Of a stretch of 64,000 bases of DNA, positions 12,630 to 53,095 are shown in pieces (positions within the stretch are counted from its first letter, which is position 1; every line of letters starts with the position of its first letter). The notes beneath the pieces are model-generated. The model was not told the DNA's origin and searched no databases. It was given only the letters and a program-made list of their open reading frames with translations. This DNA comes from Rhynchobatus australiae. Its lineage: Eukaryota. Both the position numbers and the translations under genes were made by a program. The DNA is taken from the NCBI GenBank assembly GCA_034780895.1, contig JAUZTB010000075.1, forward strand, positions 2,163,832 to 2,227,831, written 5' to 3'.

Positions 12630-13085
12630 GGATCATTGTCCCATGCACAGTCCCTGTGTGCACAGACGCAATGAAAAACTTACTTGCAGCAGCATTCACA
12701 GGGAAAACACATTAAACATAAATTATATACAGTTTTTACAAGAAAAAAAAACAGGAAAAAAATAGTCCATTTTAGTGCAAAGTGGCTGTAGTGTTGCTCA
12801 ACTGTGGTGATTAGAATTTTGCCAGTTGGTTCAAGAACCGAATGGTTGGAGGGAAGTCGCTGTTCCTGAACCTGGTGGTGTGGGACTTCAGGCTTCTGTA
12901 CCCCCTGCCCGATAGGAGCTGTGAGAAGATGGCACGGCCCGGATGGTGGGGATCTTTGATGATGGGTGTTGCCTTCATGAGGCAGCTCCTCCTGTAGATG
13001 CCACCGATGGTGGGGAGGGATATGACCCTGATGTATCGGGCAGAGTCCACTGCTCCCTGCAGCTTCTTACATTCCTGTGCATTCG
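12630..13085 (-). mobile_element. Rex1/Babar-like LINE 3' fragment
   Basis: ORF 12811-13050 reads [45 protein letters not shown], the characteristic RT C-terminus. Other copies lie at 26545-26850, 38170-38475 and 23995-24092. Confidence 0.75.
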
Positions 13086-14069
13086 AGTTGGTGTCCCAAA
13101 CTGTGGTGCAACTGGCTGGTGTTTCGGGCCAAGACCCTGCATCGGGTCTGAGAGCAGAGGAACAGTTGTCAGTACGTAGGGGGTGGGATGGAGGCTGGTG
13201 GGTGATAGGTGGAACCAGGTGGGGAGGGGATAGGAAAGGTGGACAGCTGAGTGGCAGAACACTGCAGTGGGTTTAGTTAGTTGAAGCTGTTTGACAAGCC
13301 CTGGGGCAAGACTAAAAATGCAAAGTCGGTGAGGTGGTTTCAGAGGGATTTCAGGACATTCCCCCCCACCAGTCTCAACATTTAAACCCCTTTCCTCAGC
13401 TTCACTGCAAACATCAACAGGTTTTTCATTGGGCAGGTGATTAAGTGCTGACGGGCTTTCACACCTGCCTTCCTCTCCCAGGTGAGCTGGCCCTTTCTGC
13501 CCAGGTTGCTAAAACCAATAGCTGGATTCACTGCCAGTGTCCCGACAAAGACGTTAGATTGACTGGGTACGTGCTCCAGGTGGTAATGGTTTAGGCACTT
13601 GGGATTAATCAAACTGGTTCTACTTACCAGGATATTCATTAGGGACTGGTGGCTACCAACAAATCTAACTGGGTTTCCTAAACAACGAACCAGAGATTTG
13701 CTGAATGTTTGCGCATTTGAGGGCATTGTCACCTGACTAACGAACCTCCCATTGAGAGATTATTATCATGTGACCTGTGTTCTGTCCTGCCACAACACGG
13801 ACTGATGGTTATATCCAAACACTGCTCTCCCCAGGTGGGCCTTGTTTTTGCAGAAGGGAAGGATGTTTTGAACTTCACACCTTAACTGTGAGAACAATTT
13901 AGTTGGCTGAACTGCATTTTATGACTAAGATAGTTCCTAAACTGTGTTAATGTAACAGGCACTGTATTCCTCTGTGCAATCCCAAATACATGGATTAAGA
14001 GCCAAAACTTTGGTGATGATGTCAGGATTTCTAGGCGGCTTGTCTATAGCAAGATGGAGGTAGAGACGT

Positions 14070-14370
14070 CATCGAATAAAACCGCGCAGGAACAGGACCT
14101 TCAGCCCAACTCCTCTGTGCCAGCCAAGGTTCCCGTCTAAGCCAGGCCCACTTGCCTGCATCTGGCCCATGTCCCTCTAAACCTTCCCTATCCATAGACC
14201 TGTCCAAGTGTCTTTTAAATGTTGTTATTGTACCTGCCTCACCCACTTCCTCTGGCGGCTCGTTCCACACACCCACCACTCTCTGTGGTTGCCCCTCAGG
14301 TCCCTTTTAAATCTTTCCCCTCCCACCCTGAACCTGTGCCCTTTAGTTTTTGATTCCCTTTCCCTGCAGA
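14070..14370 (-). mobile_element. CR1 LINE 3' fragment
   Basis: KTKGHRFRVGGERFKRDLRG...VWNEPPEEVGEAGTITTFKRHLD, the CR1 ORF2 C-terminus. Confidence 0.8.
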
Positions 14371-14644
14371 TGTCAACACAGTGAAGGGAAGAGTCCGAAG
14401 TGGACCACGTAACAATGACAGTAGGGTGGAAATTGGTGTCAAGGGTGATGTAATATTGGAGCCGTGTACAGGTGCAGGAAGCAGCATCACCACAGCCACC
14501 TATGGAAGGGGGGANNNNNNNNNNNNNNNNNNNNNNNNNNNNNNNNNNNNNNNNNNNNNNNNNNNNNNNNNNNNNNNNNNNNNNNNNNNNNNNNNNNNNN
14601 NNNNNNNNNNNNNNGGGAGGGAGGGACGGAGGGAGGGAGCCCGA

Positions 14645-14985
14645 ATAGAAACAAGGACTGTTCCACGTATCCCACAAAGAGACGAGTGCAGCTTGGACCC
14701 ACACACATCCCAGGTGAAGCGGAAATCCACATGCACTTATTCCAGTCCACTACATCCGATGCTTACGATGTGGTCTCCTCTGCATCGCTGAACCCAAACA
14801 CAGATTGGGTGGTGACTTTGCAGAACTCCTCTAATCAGTCCACAGGAGCCTGTCTCCAATTCAACTTCCCATTTCTCCTCTAACCTCTCCATCTTCCACC
14901 CCTTGTATTGCTCTGATGCAGCACAACCCTGACGAACAGCATCTCATCTTCTGCCTGGTCACATTACAACCCACGGGACCTAATA
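14645..14985 (+). mobile_element. Penelope-like GIY-YIG endonuclease fragment
   Basis: Frameshifted QVKRKSTCT / YIRCLRCGLLCIAEPKHRLG / EQHLIFCLVTLQP. Confidence 0.65.
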
Positions 14986-16319
14986 AATCATAGAACAGTC
15001 CAGCACAGGGCAGGCCATTCAGCCCACGATGTTGTGCTGATCTTGATGCCAATCTATACTAAATGCCCTCCTCCTGGGTATCATCCACATCCCTCCATTC
15101 CCTTCAGATGCATGTGTCTGTCTAAAAGCCTCTCAAACTCCTCCAGACTGCCTGCTTCCAGTACTACCCCTGGTGACCCATTCCAGGCACCTACTGCTCT
15201 CTGCATAAAAAACTTCTTGCCCCCCATGTCACAAAAACAACCCCCCCCCCCACTAATCTTAAAACCATNNNNNNNNNNNNNNNNNNNNNNNNNNNNNNNN
15301 NNNNNNNNNNNNNNNNNNNNNNNNNNNNNNNNNNNNNNNNNNNNNNNNNNNNNNNNNNNNNNNNNNNNNNNNNNNNNNNNNNNNNNNNNNNNNNNNNNNN
15401 NNNNNNNNNNNNNNNNNNNNNNNNNNNNNNNNNNNNNNNNNNNNAAAGTAGTTGTTACCTTGACCCCTTGGTTGAGGTATCACTGTCCCTCCCTCTGTTC
15501 TCTCCATCCCTCCGTCCCTGCAACTTAACACACACTTGTCTTCTCACATTTCCCTACTGATGAAGCATCCTTGACCTGAAATGTTGACTCTGCTTCTCCC
15601 CCCAGGAATGCTGCCTGACCTGCTGCATTTTGCCAGCATTCTCTGTTTTTGATTAGGAGAACCGAGATGTTCCCAGCTGCTTCAGTCAAGCAGGCAGGTG
15701 GTGGAGAGTGGGAGGTGATACCCATTCTCGGTAGAGTCAAATAGACTGCCTGATATCAAGGTGGACATCCGAGACCAGAGACATCCTCACCTCCACACCC
15801 CACGGTCTGGAGCCATTAATAGACTGCGTGCATAATGGCAGCTTCATTTGACAGCGGCAGACATCCTTTCATACAGGGCTACTGTAGCACCTGCTACTCC
15901 CCTCCTACCCATTCCCACCAATCTTACTGCAGTGGTTAAAGATGTGAACCCTGGTCTTTGGAGAGAGCTCCCCTGCAAAATTAGGACAGCGGGTTTTAAA
16001 CCTCTATCCAAGAAAGACAGCATGTCTGGCATCGCAGCTGCCCCTCTGCACTGTCATTTGAAAGTGCAGTACCCCCTTAATGTTACCCATCCAACAGTAG
16101 GTAACTAGTGATCCCTGCAGCCCTTGGTGCACCCTATCAGTAGCACCCGTGCAGTACTGCAGCCCTCCACCAGTGCAGCCCAGCCTTGGTCTTGCTCCAC
16201 CGACAGCGCAGCACTCCCTCAGCCTGTTATTCCGGTGCTCCATTCTCCGGACTGGCGCTTGGACACAAGGCAAGGATGCTTCCAGCTGTGGACACTTGGT
16301 TCCCATGGAACTGTGGCTT

Positions 16320-16950
16320 GGTATAGAGTTGTACAGCACAGAAACAGGCCCTTTGGCCCACCACATCCCTGCTGGCCCACATTAGGACTGTATCCACCTA
16401 TGCCTTGTCTATTTAAGTGCCTGTCTAAACGACTCTTCACAGAGTTTGTATCTGATTCTACCACCTGCTCTGGCAGCACATTCCAGGTATCAACCACTCT
16501 CCATGTAACTAAAGCTTTCCCCTCAGATCCCCTTTAACTCCCCTTCCTCTCACAAACCTGTGCCCTCTTGTTTTTGATACCCCTACCATAGGAAAACAAT
16601 TCTCACTAATTACCCTATCTATTGCTTCTCACCATCTTGTATACCTCAATTCACCCCTCACCNNNNNNNNNNNNNNNNNNNNNNNNNNNNNNNNNNNNNN
16701 NNNNNNNNNNNNNNNNNNNNNNNNNNNNNNNNNNNNNNNNNNNNNNNNNNNNNNNNNNNNNNCACCTTTACTCCAGGGAAAACACACCGAGTCTATCCAG
16801 TCCCTCCTCATAACCTCCAATCCAACCAACATCCTTGTGAATCTCCTCTTCACTCTCCCCAGAGCAGCTACATCCTTCCCATAGTGAGGTGTCCAGAACT
16901 GTACACGTGCAGACTAACCAGTGTTTCGTAAAGTTACAACATAACACCCC
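16320..16950 (-). mobile_element. CR1 LINE 3' fragment
   Basis: VDTWNVLPEQVVESDT...RLDRHLN and RRFTRMLVGL...LDRLGVFSLE. Confidence 0.75.
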
Positions 16951-17454
16951 AACTTTGGTAACAGAGGAATGTGGGTCCCAGCGGATCTCCAACACAGCTG
17001 GGAATCAGGAGAGGAAGGGGCTACGAAAGGTTTTGGAGGATCTGCCTCGAAGAGACCCCAGGACACTACTGCCCTGGGGTGGAATTCACACATTATCCAT
17101 TTGGAGGCAGCAGAGACCAGAGTCGCTGCATGTGGCTCAGTGTCAGATCATCTCTGACAGAATGCAGTTCTGTGCACCCTCACTGGGCAGTTACACACAC
17201 GGGCGTGGAGAATTCCAAAGGTGCCTCCTGCAGGACTGCTGATCGGTACACTGCAAACTCATCACTGGGCACGGGGCATTCTGGCCCCTGGTGGGGGAAT
17301 GAATCTGGGCATGTGGAAAGGCAGCAAATCACAATTCTGTTTGTATTAACATAGATATGGAGACATGAAAAGCCCAGCTGGAGTAGGTTGGGGCAAGGCC
17401 AATCTTATCAGGAAGATATATGTCAAAAGCAGAATACAGGACCTGTATTTCAGC

Positions 17455-17835
17455 AATGAGTTCAGGAGGATGAGGGGGGACCTCACTGAAACCTGCTGGA
17501 TACTGAAAGGCCTGGATAGAGTGGACGTGGAGAGGGTGTTTCCCGTCAGTGGGAGAGTCCGGGATCCGAGGGCACAGCCTCAGAATGAAGGGACGTCCCT
17601 TTAGAACTGAGGTGAGGAGGAATTTCTTCAGACAAGGGCGGTGAATCTGTGGAATTTGTTGTCACAGACGGCTGTGAAGACCAAGTGATTGGGTGTATTT
17701 AAGCCAGAGATTAATGGGTTCTTGATTGGTAAAAGAGTTAAGGGTTACAGGGAGAAGAAGGGAGAACGGGGTTAAAACAAGTCAGCCATGATTGAATGGC
17801 GGAGCAGACTGGATAGGCTAATTCTGCTCCCATGT
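17455..17835 (+). mobile_element. CR1 LINE 3' fragment
   Basis: EFRRMRGDLTETCWILKGLDRVDVERVFP followed by a CR1 3' tail. Confidence 0.8.
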
Positions 17836-18528
17836 CTTAGGCAGTGTAGGAGATGTGGGGAGTGCAGTGAGGGGTAAAGTAATGAATCAAGTATTAACTC
17901 ACCAGATCGATTCCAGAGCTGGGGAGGTTTGTTGTCTGAGGAGACATTAAACGGTTGGACCTCTGCCTTTCTGAGTTTCACAGAAGGACAGGCCACATCA
18001 CTGAAACGTTCAACATTCTCGAGGGAGTTGCAGAGTTGCTAATTCCCCTGGCAGAGGTCAGCAGTTGGCCAATGAGGACAGAGATAAGAAATTTCTCACC
18101 CAGAGAGTGGTGAACCTTTGAAATTGTCTACCCATGAAGGCTGAGGAAACTCAGATACTTTCAGGACAGTTTGATAGATTTTTAGATGTTGGAGGATCCA
18201 AGGGATGTGGGGTAAAAAACATCAGCTTAGTGCATGGCAGGAGAAGCCTACTTCTGCTTCTGTTGCTTATGGTCTGATATTCAGTGGGATTGGCGGGAGA
18301 AAGGATTCAGATCAAATTTGTTCCCATTGAGAAAAAGTGTGGGTCTTCCAAATGCAGACCCCCTTAGATGTCAGAAAATATACTGGGAAGGATAGGGCAA
18401 AAAAGGAACACAGCAGATACTGAGAGCTGAACACTCCAGAAAGCCAGGACACATCGGTGAAATTAAAACAAAAACAGAAATGCTGGAAGAACTCAGCCAG
18501 TCAAGCAGCATCTGCAGAAAGGGAAACC

Positions 18529-18564
18529 AGTTAATGTTTCAGGTCAGGGACCCTTCATCAGAAC
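18529..18564 (-). ncRNA. Minimal hammerhead ribozyme-like core in a Penelope terminal repeat
   Basis: The minus strand reads CTGATGA-AGGGTC-CCT-GACCT-GAAAC-ATTAAC: the CUGANGA and GAAA boxes flank a stem II hairpin. Confidence 0.5.
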
Positions 18565-20046
18565 CCATTTTATTTGTTTTTCAATGGTGAAACTAAAAAT
18601 CAAATTAGAAAGAAAGTTAGATAGATACTGGAGGAAAAGGGATTCCCAAAGATATTTTATAAATAGACAAAGGACAAGAGAATAACACAGAAAATAGGAT
18701 TTATTGGAAACCAAAAAGGTAACCCATGTGGGGAAATGGAAGACACAGGTTTGTTTCTATTCTGTTGCTTGCTTATGAGCAACCCCAGTGCCAGACTAGG
18801 CAGTAAATACACTTGGTTTGGTCTGCCCTGGTAGAGTTGCATGTTGCTGTCGTTATCTTACGGTCTTTGAATGAAAATCAACTTCTCTCATATTGGCACA
18901 TTTACCACTCATATATGCGAAAAATACAGCCTGTGAGAGCCAATCAGATTGCTTCAGAATGAGAAATAAATACAGGAACTCTTCAGAACACCGGATAGGT
19001 ACCACCAATGCGCTCTCCACAACATCCTCCAAATCCACCAGCAGAATAAGCAAAACAATGTCAGCATTCTAGGTCAATGTCTCCAGGATCAAGACTTTAA
19101 TTATTTTCAGTCAGCTCCAATGAAGTCACATTGTTTGCATGCTCTTGTCATGCCTCGCCAACTCATCCACAGATGGTGTCTACTTATACAGCTGAGTGGA
19201 TAGAAGGCTATTCAGACATGCCCACCTGAGATTTAAGACCAAAGTGTGCTAGGTCCCTATCAAGGGGTTGCTCTATGTTGATGGTGCCACACCAGTGTCT
19301 CATTCCAAGGGTCACCTCATGGACACACTCTCTCCTGCAGCGCTCAGATTGGCCATCAGTATCGGGAAGGTGAACGGCCCAGCATACTGCCACACCACCA
19401 TCAATTATTGGAGATGAAGGGTCCCGATGAAGACACTTGGCCCAAAATGTCAGCCCACTTCCCTGCACAGATGCTGCCTGACCCGCTGAGATTTTCCAGC
19501 AGCTTGTTCTTTTGCTGCAGCTCCCAGCATCTGCAGTCTCTTGTGTCTTCTGTTACTGGAGCTGCCCGAAGGTTCACATTCCCAGGGTCCACTATCACCA
19601 GCACCACAATGCCAAGACCAGTAATGGGCATGATGGTGCAGCCGGGTGTCCAGGCTGAGCAGGGGAGGGGGTGGGTGTCTGTGGCAGGACCACCATTTAT
19701 CGTCCTTTCCCCAACTGCCCCCACAGGGGTTGGGGCGAGCTGCTTCCAGATGCACTGCTGCCCCCCTGGGGAGGGTGCCCCCACAGAGTTGATGGAAGAG
19801 AGTTTCTGGTGATCGTGAGGAAGGGGGGAGGATCTGCAGCTGGAAGGGACAGATGTTTCAGGATGGCTGCTGGTTCCAATGATGTTCCAGCCATGGCCAT
19901 ACCCAGCCATCCGAGCATGCGCACTGACGGCCTGCGCGGCGCCTGCTGGGAGCTGTAGGCAGAGGCTCAGGATCGGCGGCGGACGGACTACAGCTCCCGG
20001 CGGGCTGTGCGCGGAGCCCGGCTGCCCCGAGCCCGCTCACCGCGAC

Positions 20047-46049
<26,003 letters not shown>

Positions 46050-49000
46050 GTGGCAAACTAACTGCTCACCCCATCTCACAGGTGCATCAAGGGCCTACTT
46101 ATTTATTGTAACTGTTTGCAAGATGGGAATCTCTTGGAATACAAACAACTGACCAGCCCCTTGGTTCCAGCAATCAACAGCAAATGATGCCAAGTTTATG
46201 CGGTACGTCAGAAGAAAGGCTCTGTTGGACTGAAGTGTCATGGATCGGGAGAACTTGATCTAAAATAACTCTTGGTTATGTACAGACCTCATTAAGTCAT
46301 AGGATGATCCATGGTCATTACTTCCCACTTCCCAGTCTGGATCGCTATTGTGGGTAAGGACGGGGATGGACGTTATCTTGAATGGTTCCTTTGTCTTCCC
46401 ATCCTATCTTTCCTCCACTCTACCACTCCAGTACTTTGGTAGTTACTCATCTATCCTTGGAGGACTGAACCCTCAGGGTAAAAGAGTTGGTAGTGGCAGG
46501 AATGGAATCTGCATTTTTAAAGTATGATCATTCATTTGGCAATCCAGATGCCATATAAGGAGCAAGTAGTGTTTCCCTCCACCAATCCCCATATCTGTGG
46601 ATCCATCTGGATTAATCAACTTTTGCCACTCATGATGTCTNNNNNNNNNNNNNNNNNNNNNNNNNNNNNNNNNNNNNNNNGTACCTCCTGTTTCTTTACA
46701 ACCCAGTCACAAGGGCACATGATCCCAAACTGGGAATGCATAAGATTTTTTCAAACTTTAGCTCCAGTTGTTTTAAGTTGACCGTAAATTTGTGCAGAGC
46801 TTTTGTTCCACACAGGTTTTTAATGAACAATATTTTTTAAAATGTTGCTTGTGCCACACATTGCATCATCCAAGTCCCAATGTCATTCTTGACCCTTAAT
46901 TATGGAATGAGTGGATCCATTGCCTGATCTCCATCCACAGGCCCTGAGTTGGGGAGCTCAGGACTTTGGGGACTCTCTGTTGGGGATGTGTGTTGGAGGG
47001 GAGAGAGCAAGTTCTGGTGCTGCTATGTTTCAGTGAGATGATGTCAGAGAGCAAAGGGAATTGCAAAACCAAATATGCCCTTTTTATTTCAAGGTACTAA
47101 GGATAGCAGGGCTGTGTTGCTTTTTTATTATTAAAGTATCTCTCATAAAATTATTTTCAGCTAATTTGTAGCCTCCTGGCAGAGAAGGGTGGACAGGACT
47201 TCTGATAGAGCTCGTCTGCAGGGACATGTGCCAGTTGAACTAAGTTGACAGGTTAGTTTTATTCTCTCAGTGGTCTGGCTTGGTATATCCACTTAAAGCT
47301 CATCTGCAAAGGGGAGCGATACGCTCAGTCTTCCACCTGAGCAGTTGCAGCCACAGAGCCGTGCTGTTTCACCTGATGCTGGATACTGCCAGCTGTTTCT
47401 CTGTTGAGACTCCAGACTGCGTGCAGAAGAATTGATTAGTGCATTGTTGGTAGGCCCTTCTGAGTCACTCTGAGGCTTCTCTCTGATCCTACTGCAGTCC
47501 TTGTGTTGATGGTGTCCCAGTAGTCCAATGTAGTCTCAAAGGAACAAACCTGTTCAAGTACTTCTGCAAAGCCAAGTACTGAGAAATACACAGCCGAGAG
47601 CGGAAAGGCAGCTCGATGTTTCAGTGTGGGATCTACAGAACAGAAGATTTTCATCTTGGGCATTAATGAGTCCCCTCTCAGATGCCCAGGAATATGTTAA
47701 CTCCAGACTTTGCTACTTGTACTGTAACATTAACATTTGGGAATTGGTGCTTGCTTTGTGTGCTTGATGAACTGCAATTAGGCAATTCTTACTGATGAGA
47801 GATCCGTAGAATGAAATTGTGTGGCATCGGTACAGTCAACTACAAAGAGCAACAGAGTGGCAGGGGTTGTGTTTGAGCCAGGCTGGTGCTTGTACAACAG
47901 ACAGGCAGACAGATGGCACAGGGTCAGACCGATGTAGTGTCATTTGTTGCATCAGTTATCCATTGAGGTTCTGCTCTGGTGTTCAGTCTGTCCAACTATA
48001 CTGGCACTGACTGTCAATGATTTGATGAATAACTGAAACTAAGGTTTCCAAGTTTGCAATAGGCAGTGAAGAGATGGCCGAAACTGCTTCCTCTTATTTG
48101 TATTTAATTATGCAAAGATATATCGTGACATCTCTTGACTTAAACTGACCAAAACTGCTTTTAAATGGACTGCAGTGGGACCTGGCACTTACCTGACCCA
48201 AGAGCAGCAAGTCCATTCTAATTAATCAGCAGGTTTCTAGAGCAACCAATTTGTCTGTCTGTTTTTGTTGAGAAAAGGAGAAAACTATAAACCAATACCA
48301 ACAGAGTTTGGATTTTCTTTTGTTCTTCCCATCAAAGCAGATGCACAAAAGCTTGATCCAAGTGGAACTCTTGGCCCAGCCTCGGAACCCTCCAATCACC
48401 TGCAGGCAACCATGACTACTGTTCCACTGCCACTCCAAGATTAAGTTAATGGCACTAAATTCCCTTAAAGCATCTTCTTCCACTTCCACCTACTACCACT
48501 AAAACAATCTCTAAGCCGGGTTTCAGGGCCCAATCTGATGTGCATGTTTAAGCGGTCACGGAGACTTTAGGGGCTGATCAGTTAGACTGAAATTCAGAAT
48601 CTCCTCAGGAATAATTCAAAATGGTGCGTTAAGGTCCTTTAAGGAACCTGAACCAATCCCAAATACTTGGCTTCCAATTCATCAAGAATATGATCAATTT
48701 CTGGGGTTTTTTTAAAGGAAGAGTTCTACTGTTTCCAGAATTTTTAAATGTGCAGTAATCGTTCTTGGGGTTGAAGTAGCAACTCCCCTCTGGAGAGCAA
48801 ATCTGCATTGATACTGTTGTTTCAAAAGTGTTTCATTAACTTGTGTTTTCATAAATGCACTGAGAAAACTGTAATGGTTTCCAACTTAGCACAGCAATAA
48901 GACTTTTCTTGTAACAAAATGTGCATTAAAAATACATTTGGTTTCATTAGAACATTCTCTGAGCGTGTGTTCCAGTTCTGCACTTTAAAACCGAACCTGT

Positions 49001-50464
49001 GATTTGTGAAGTGCTTCCTGATCAGGATCCACGTACGAGCAGCCTCTGTTGTAGACACCTGCACTCCCAAAGAACGTGGCACTCAGCCAGCCTGGAGTTG
49101 TGTTCAAGCTTCTATCGCCAGGTATCCAGAGTTTTATTCCACTGTGTTCATTAACTAGGGGCCCTTCCTCCCACTGACTCATTATGTTCATTCTCAGGAC
49201 CTGGGAGATGTTGCAGAGCTTGTGTACGTAGTCCTTCCCTGAGTCTGATACAGCAGGGAGTTGTGGCCACTGTCGGCAGCTGGATGTGGTGGAACTGGGA
49301 CCACGTATTGGCCAAGACATGGGAAGGACAGCAGGTTTCCTTCCCTAAAGGATATTAGTGAACCAGGTGGGATTTTACACTCGCGTCCCAATGCCAGATA
49401 TTTCACACTCAGTTCCAATTCTCAGATTGTCACTGTAGGTTTTGAATTTGAGTTCTCTGGATCACTAGACCAGTAACATAAGTGCCAATACACTGTACCA
49501 GTCTAAAGGAGCAGCCCATCTCAGCAGAAGGACTTGGCCAAGTTGTTTCAGGGGATTACGCAGTGCTTTCCCTGCACATGCGAGAGCACCCTTGGTGCTT
49601 AAGTGCACAACGGTAGCAACCTGCTGGGTATTGTCTTGTTTGCCGAACTCAGAATATGGAGAATGCAAGTCAACCCAACCACCTCATGGAGACGTGACTA
49701 GTCAACACCGAAGGCCAAGTGATCACTAGTGTAAATGCCAAGTGATACTGGGGTGATCACTAGTGAAAGGAATGGTGTGTGTACGTGTTTGTTGGGGCGT
49801 GAGAGGCTAAAGGAGGGAGATTGTGTGTTGGGAGCACAAAGGGAGGCACAGGATTGGTATGTTCTTGATTGTTCCTTTGTCCCCATTGTACCAGTGACTG
49901 GAATAGCAATTGAGTAAGAGTGCTTTTTTCACACCAGTTGATTAATTCTAATTGGAACTTTATGCATATAAATGGTGATAGAGTTAAGACCGAGACTTCA
50001 GGAATGCCATCCAGGGCTAGGCAGCTTTTTGATTGGCATCCGTCCACCATCTGCATCTTTCATTCTTGTGGTTTGATGGGCGGCACAACACGGTGGGCCA
50101 AAGGGCCTGTATTGTGCTGTATTGTTCTATGGTTCATTCCCTCATTACTGTTGCCCCGTGCTCCAGGGAGCACCAGCTACAAAATGCACTGCAGCTACTT
50201 TCCCAGGCTACTCCAACAGGACCTCCCAAGCCTGTAACCTCTACCATCAAAAAGAACAAGGCAGCTCTCCACATCACACACCATCCTAGCTTGGCACTCT
50301 GTCATTGTCACCGGAACCAACTTCTGAAACTTCCGAACTAACCGCTTTGTGGGAGCACCTTCACCAGAAGGACTGCAGCTGTTCACCTCCACTGTCTCAA
50401 GGTCAGTTAGAGGTGGGGAATAAATGCTACACTTGCCAACAATGCCCACATCCCAAAAAAATGA

Positions 50465-52810
50465 ATAGAGCATAAGAAATAGGGCAGAGGTAGCCTTCCT
50501 CCCACGTAACGAGATCATGGCTGATGTACCTCCTGTCCTGTCATATCCCTTGATTCCTTTAATATCCAGAAATCAATCAATCTCTGACTTTGACTACATA
50601 GCCCAGCAGCAAAGAGAATTCCAAAGGTTCGCAACCCTTTGAGCAAAGGAGTTTCTTCTTATTTCAGTTTTAAATAGCCTCCCCCTTTAAGATGCTGACC
50701 CCTGGGTTCCAGACTAATTAGCCAGGGATAACAATCTCCCTTCAGCTATCCTGTTAGTGAGGTCACCTCTCATTGTAAACCCTGGAGAATTCAGGTCTAG
50801 TTGCCTCAGTCTCTTTGTATCACACCCTCATCAATCCAACAACCAGAGGGGTGAGTTATCACTGCCTTTTTTCTGTAGCAAGTAAATCCTATTTTAGGTG
50901 AGGAAATTATTGTACTCGAGGCAAGGTCTCACCAAGACTATAGAATTGTCATAAGGCAACATAGCCCCCTTGTACTCAAATCCACCAGCAACAGAAACCA
51001 ACATACTATCTGCCTTCCTAACTGCCCACTACATCTGTATGTTAGCTTTCAGCAACCTGTGCACAAGGACACACAGACCTTTTAGACCATTAGCAGTTCT
51101 TAATCACTCAGCGTTTAAAAAGCATTTATGTTTTATTTTCACTGAAGCATTTTTCCATATTGTACTCCATCAGCAGTGCTGTTTACCACTTACTCAGCCT
51201 GCCTCTACGCCTTTGAAGCTTCTTTCATTTTCATCACTATTCATATCATCATCAGAAATTGGTTCCATGAGCCAGATTGTTGGTGTGGACTGTGAATTGC
51301 TGGGGCTCAAGCACCAATATCTGTGGTGCCCCACTAGTCCCAGCCTGTCAATCTGTTTATTCCTGTTCACCAGCTCTCAAATCACACTGATGTATTACCC
51401 CATCATAGATGATAAATAAAAGCATTTTCCTTGCACTTGATGTCAGGCTGATAAGTTGGTATTCCCCTGTTTTCTCTCTTCCTCCTTTCTGAAGTGGTGG
51501 GGTCACATTTGCTCCTCTCCAATCTGCTGGAACCATTCCAGAACCTGTGGAATTTTGGAAGTAGATAACCAGAGCACCCACTATCTCCATATCCACCTCT
51601 TTCAAACCTCTGGGATGTAGATCATCAGGTCCTTGGGATTTGTCAGTTTTCAGGCTCATTAACTTCTCTATATCTCTGCTAATACTTTATTCTTTTATTT
51701 CTCATTTTCACTGGGCCCTTCATCCTGCAGTATCTCTGGAGGTGGTAGAGTGGGTGATAGGAGGTGTTGTGTCATGTGCGAAGATAGACACAAAGAATCT
51801 GTTTCACTCCTCTCCAACTCCACATTATTAAGTCTCCTGTCTCTGCCTGTAAGTGACCTACATTTGCCCTCACTGTCTTTTTTTATGTCCTCGGAAACTC
51901 TTACAGCCTCTTTTTATGTAGCTTACCTTCATATTTGAATTTCTTTGTCATCCATTGCTGAATTCAAAGATTCTCAGGCTTGTTACTTTTTACCGGTAAC
52001 TTTATAAGCCTTTTCCTTGAATACAGTCTTTGGTTTCTGCTGTAATCCACAGTTGGACCACTTTTTCCGTTTGTGCCTTAAAGGAATATGTATTTGTTGC
52101 AAATTACTACTTTACATCCTGGACTTTTCCTGTCCGCTGACACACCCTTTAATGTGATTTCTCAGTCGACCACAGCCAACCTGTCCCTCGTACATTCACA
52201 GTTCCCTTTGTTTAGGTTGCAGACCCTGCATTTACATAACTTGCAATCTAAATGTAAAATGTAAATGAATGTAAAATTCTGCTGTTTATCGTTACCTTTT
52301 CCTAGATTAAGAACATTAACCCTTTCCTGTTGCACTGTGCTAGATCAAGAATAGTCTTTTCCCTAGTCAGTTCCTCAGAATACTAATCGAGAAATCCATC
52401 TCATACATTCCAGGAATCCATCCTCTACATACTAGCACTAATTTGATTTTCCCTGTCTCTTTGTTGATTTAACTTGTCCGTGATGATTTTATCCCGTCCG
52501 TGCACCTCCAGTGCCCCCACTTCCGCCACATCTTGCTACTGTTTGACTATTTAGAGGCTTATGAACAACTTCCACCAATATTTAGGACCCCCTGCTGTCT
52601 CTTGGTTCCACCCAAACAGATTCTAATTCTCCAACACAATCTGCGAAGCTAAGATCCTTTTTAACCACAGGACTGACGTTATCCCTATCGTTAGTACTGC
52701 CCCACTTCCTTTTGACCTGTCCTCACTGACTCACACACCCCAGAATATTTACTCTCTGGCTTTGGTCACCCTCCCACCATATTCTGTGATGGTGATTAGA
52801 TCATTTATCA
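50465..52810 (-). mobile_element. Long, degenerate CR1 LINE
   Basis: LKTDKSQGPDDLHPRGLKE...VPADWRGANVTPPLQKGGREKTGEYQLISLTS; CR1 tail at ~50470. Confidence 0.8.
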
Positions 52811-52861
52811 CTAATTTTACCGTTAATTCATCCATTTTTTTTTAATTTTTAAAAAAGAATT

Positions 52862-53095
52862 ATTTACAGAGTGGTAACAGGCCCTACTGGCCCAACGAGT
52901 CCACACCAGCCATTTTTTAAACCCCAAGTTAACCTACCCGTACGTCTTTGGAATGTGGGAGGAAACCGGAGCACCCGGAGGAAACCCACGCAGACACGGG
53001 AGAACGTACAAACTCCTTACAGGCAGCGGCAGGAATCGAACCCGGGTCGCTGGCGCTGTAATAGCGTCGTGCTAACCACTATGCTACCATGCCGT
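52862..53095 (-). mobile_element. tRNA-derived SINE
   Basis: Minus strand TAGTGGTTAGCACGACGCTATTACAGCGCCAGCGACCCGGGTTCGATTCC. Confidence 0.8.

Noticed and set aside
46200-49200. Further exons or snoRNAs downstream of the calcineurin stop
   Set aside because: No recognisable peptide or convincing box motifs with terminal stems; probably UTR or intergenic.
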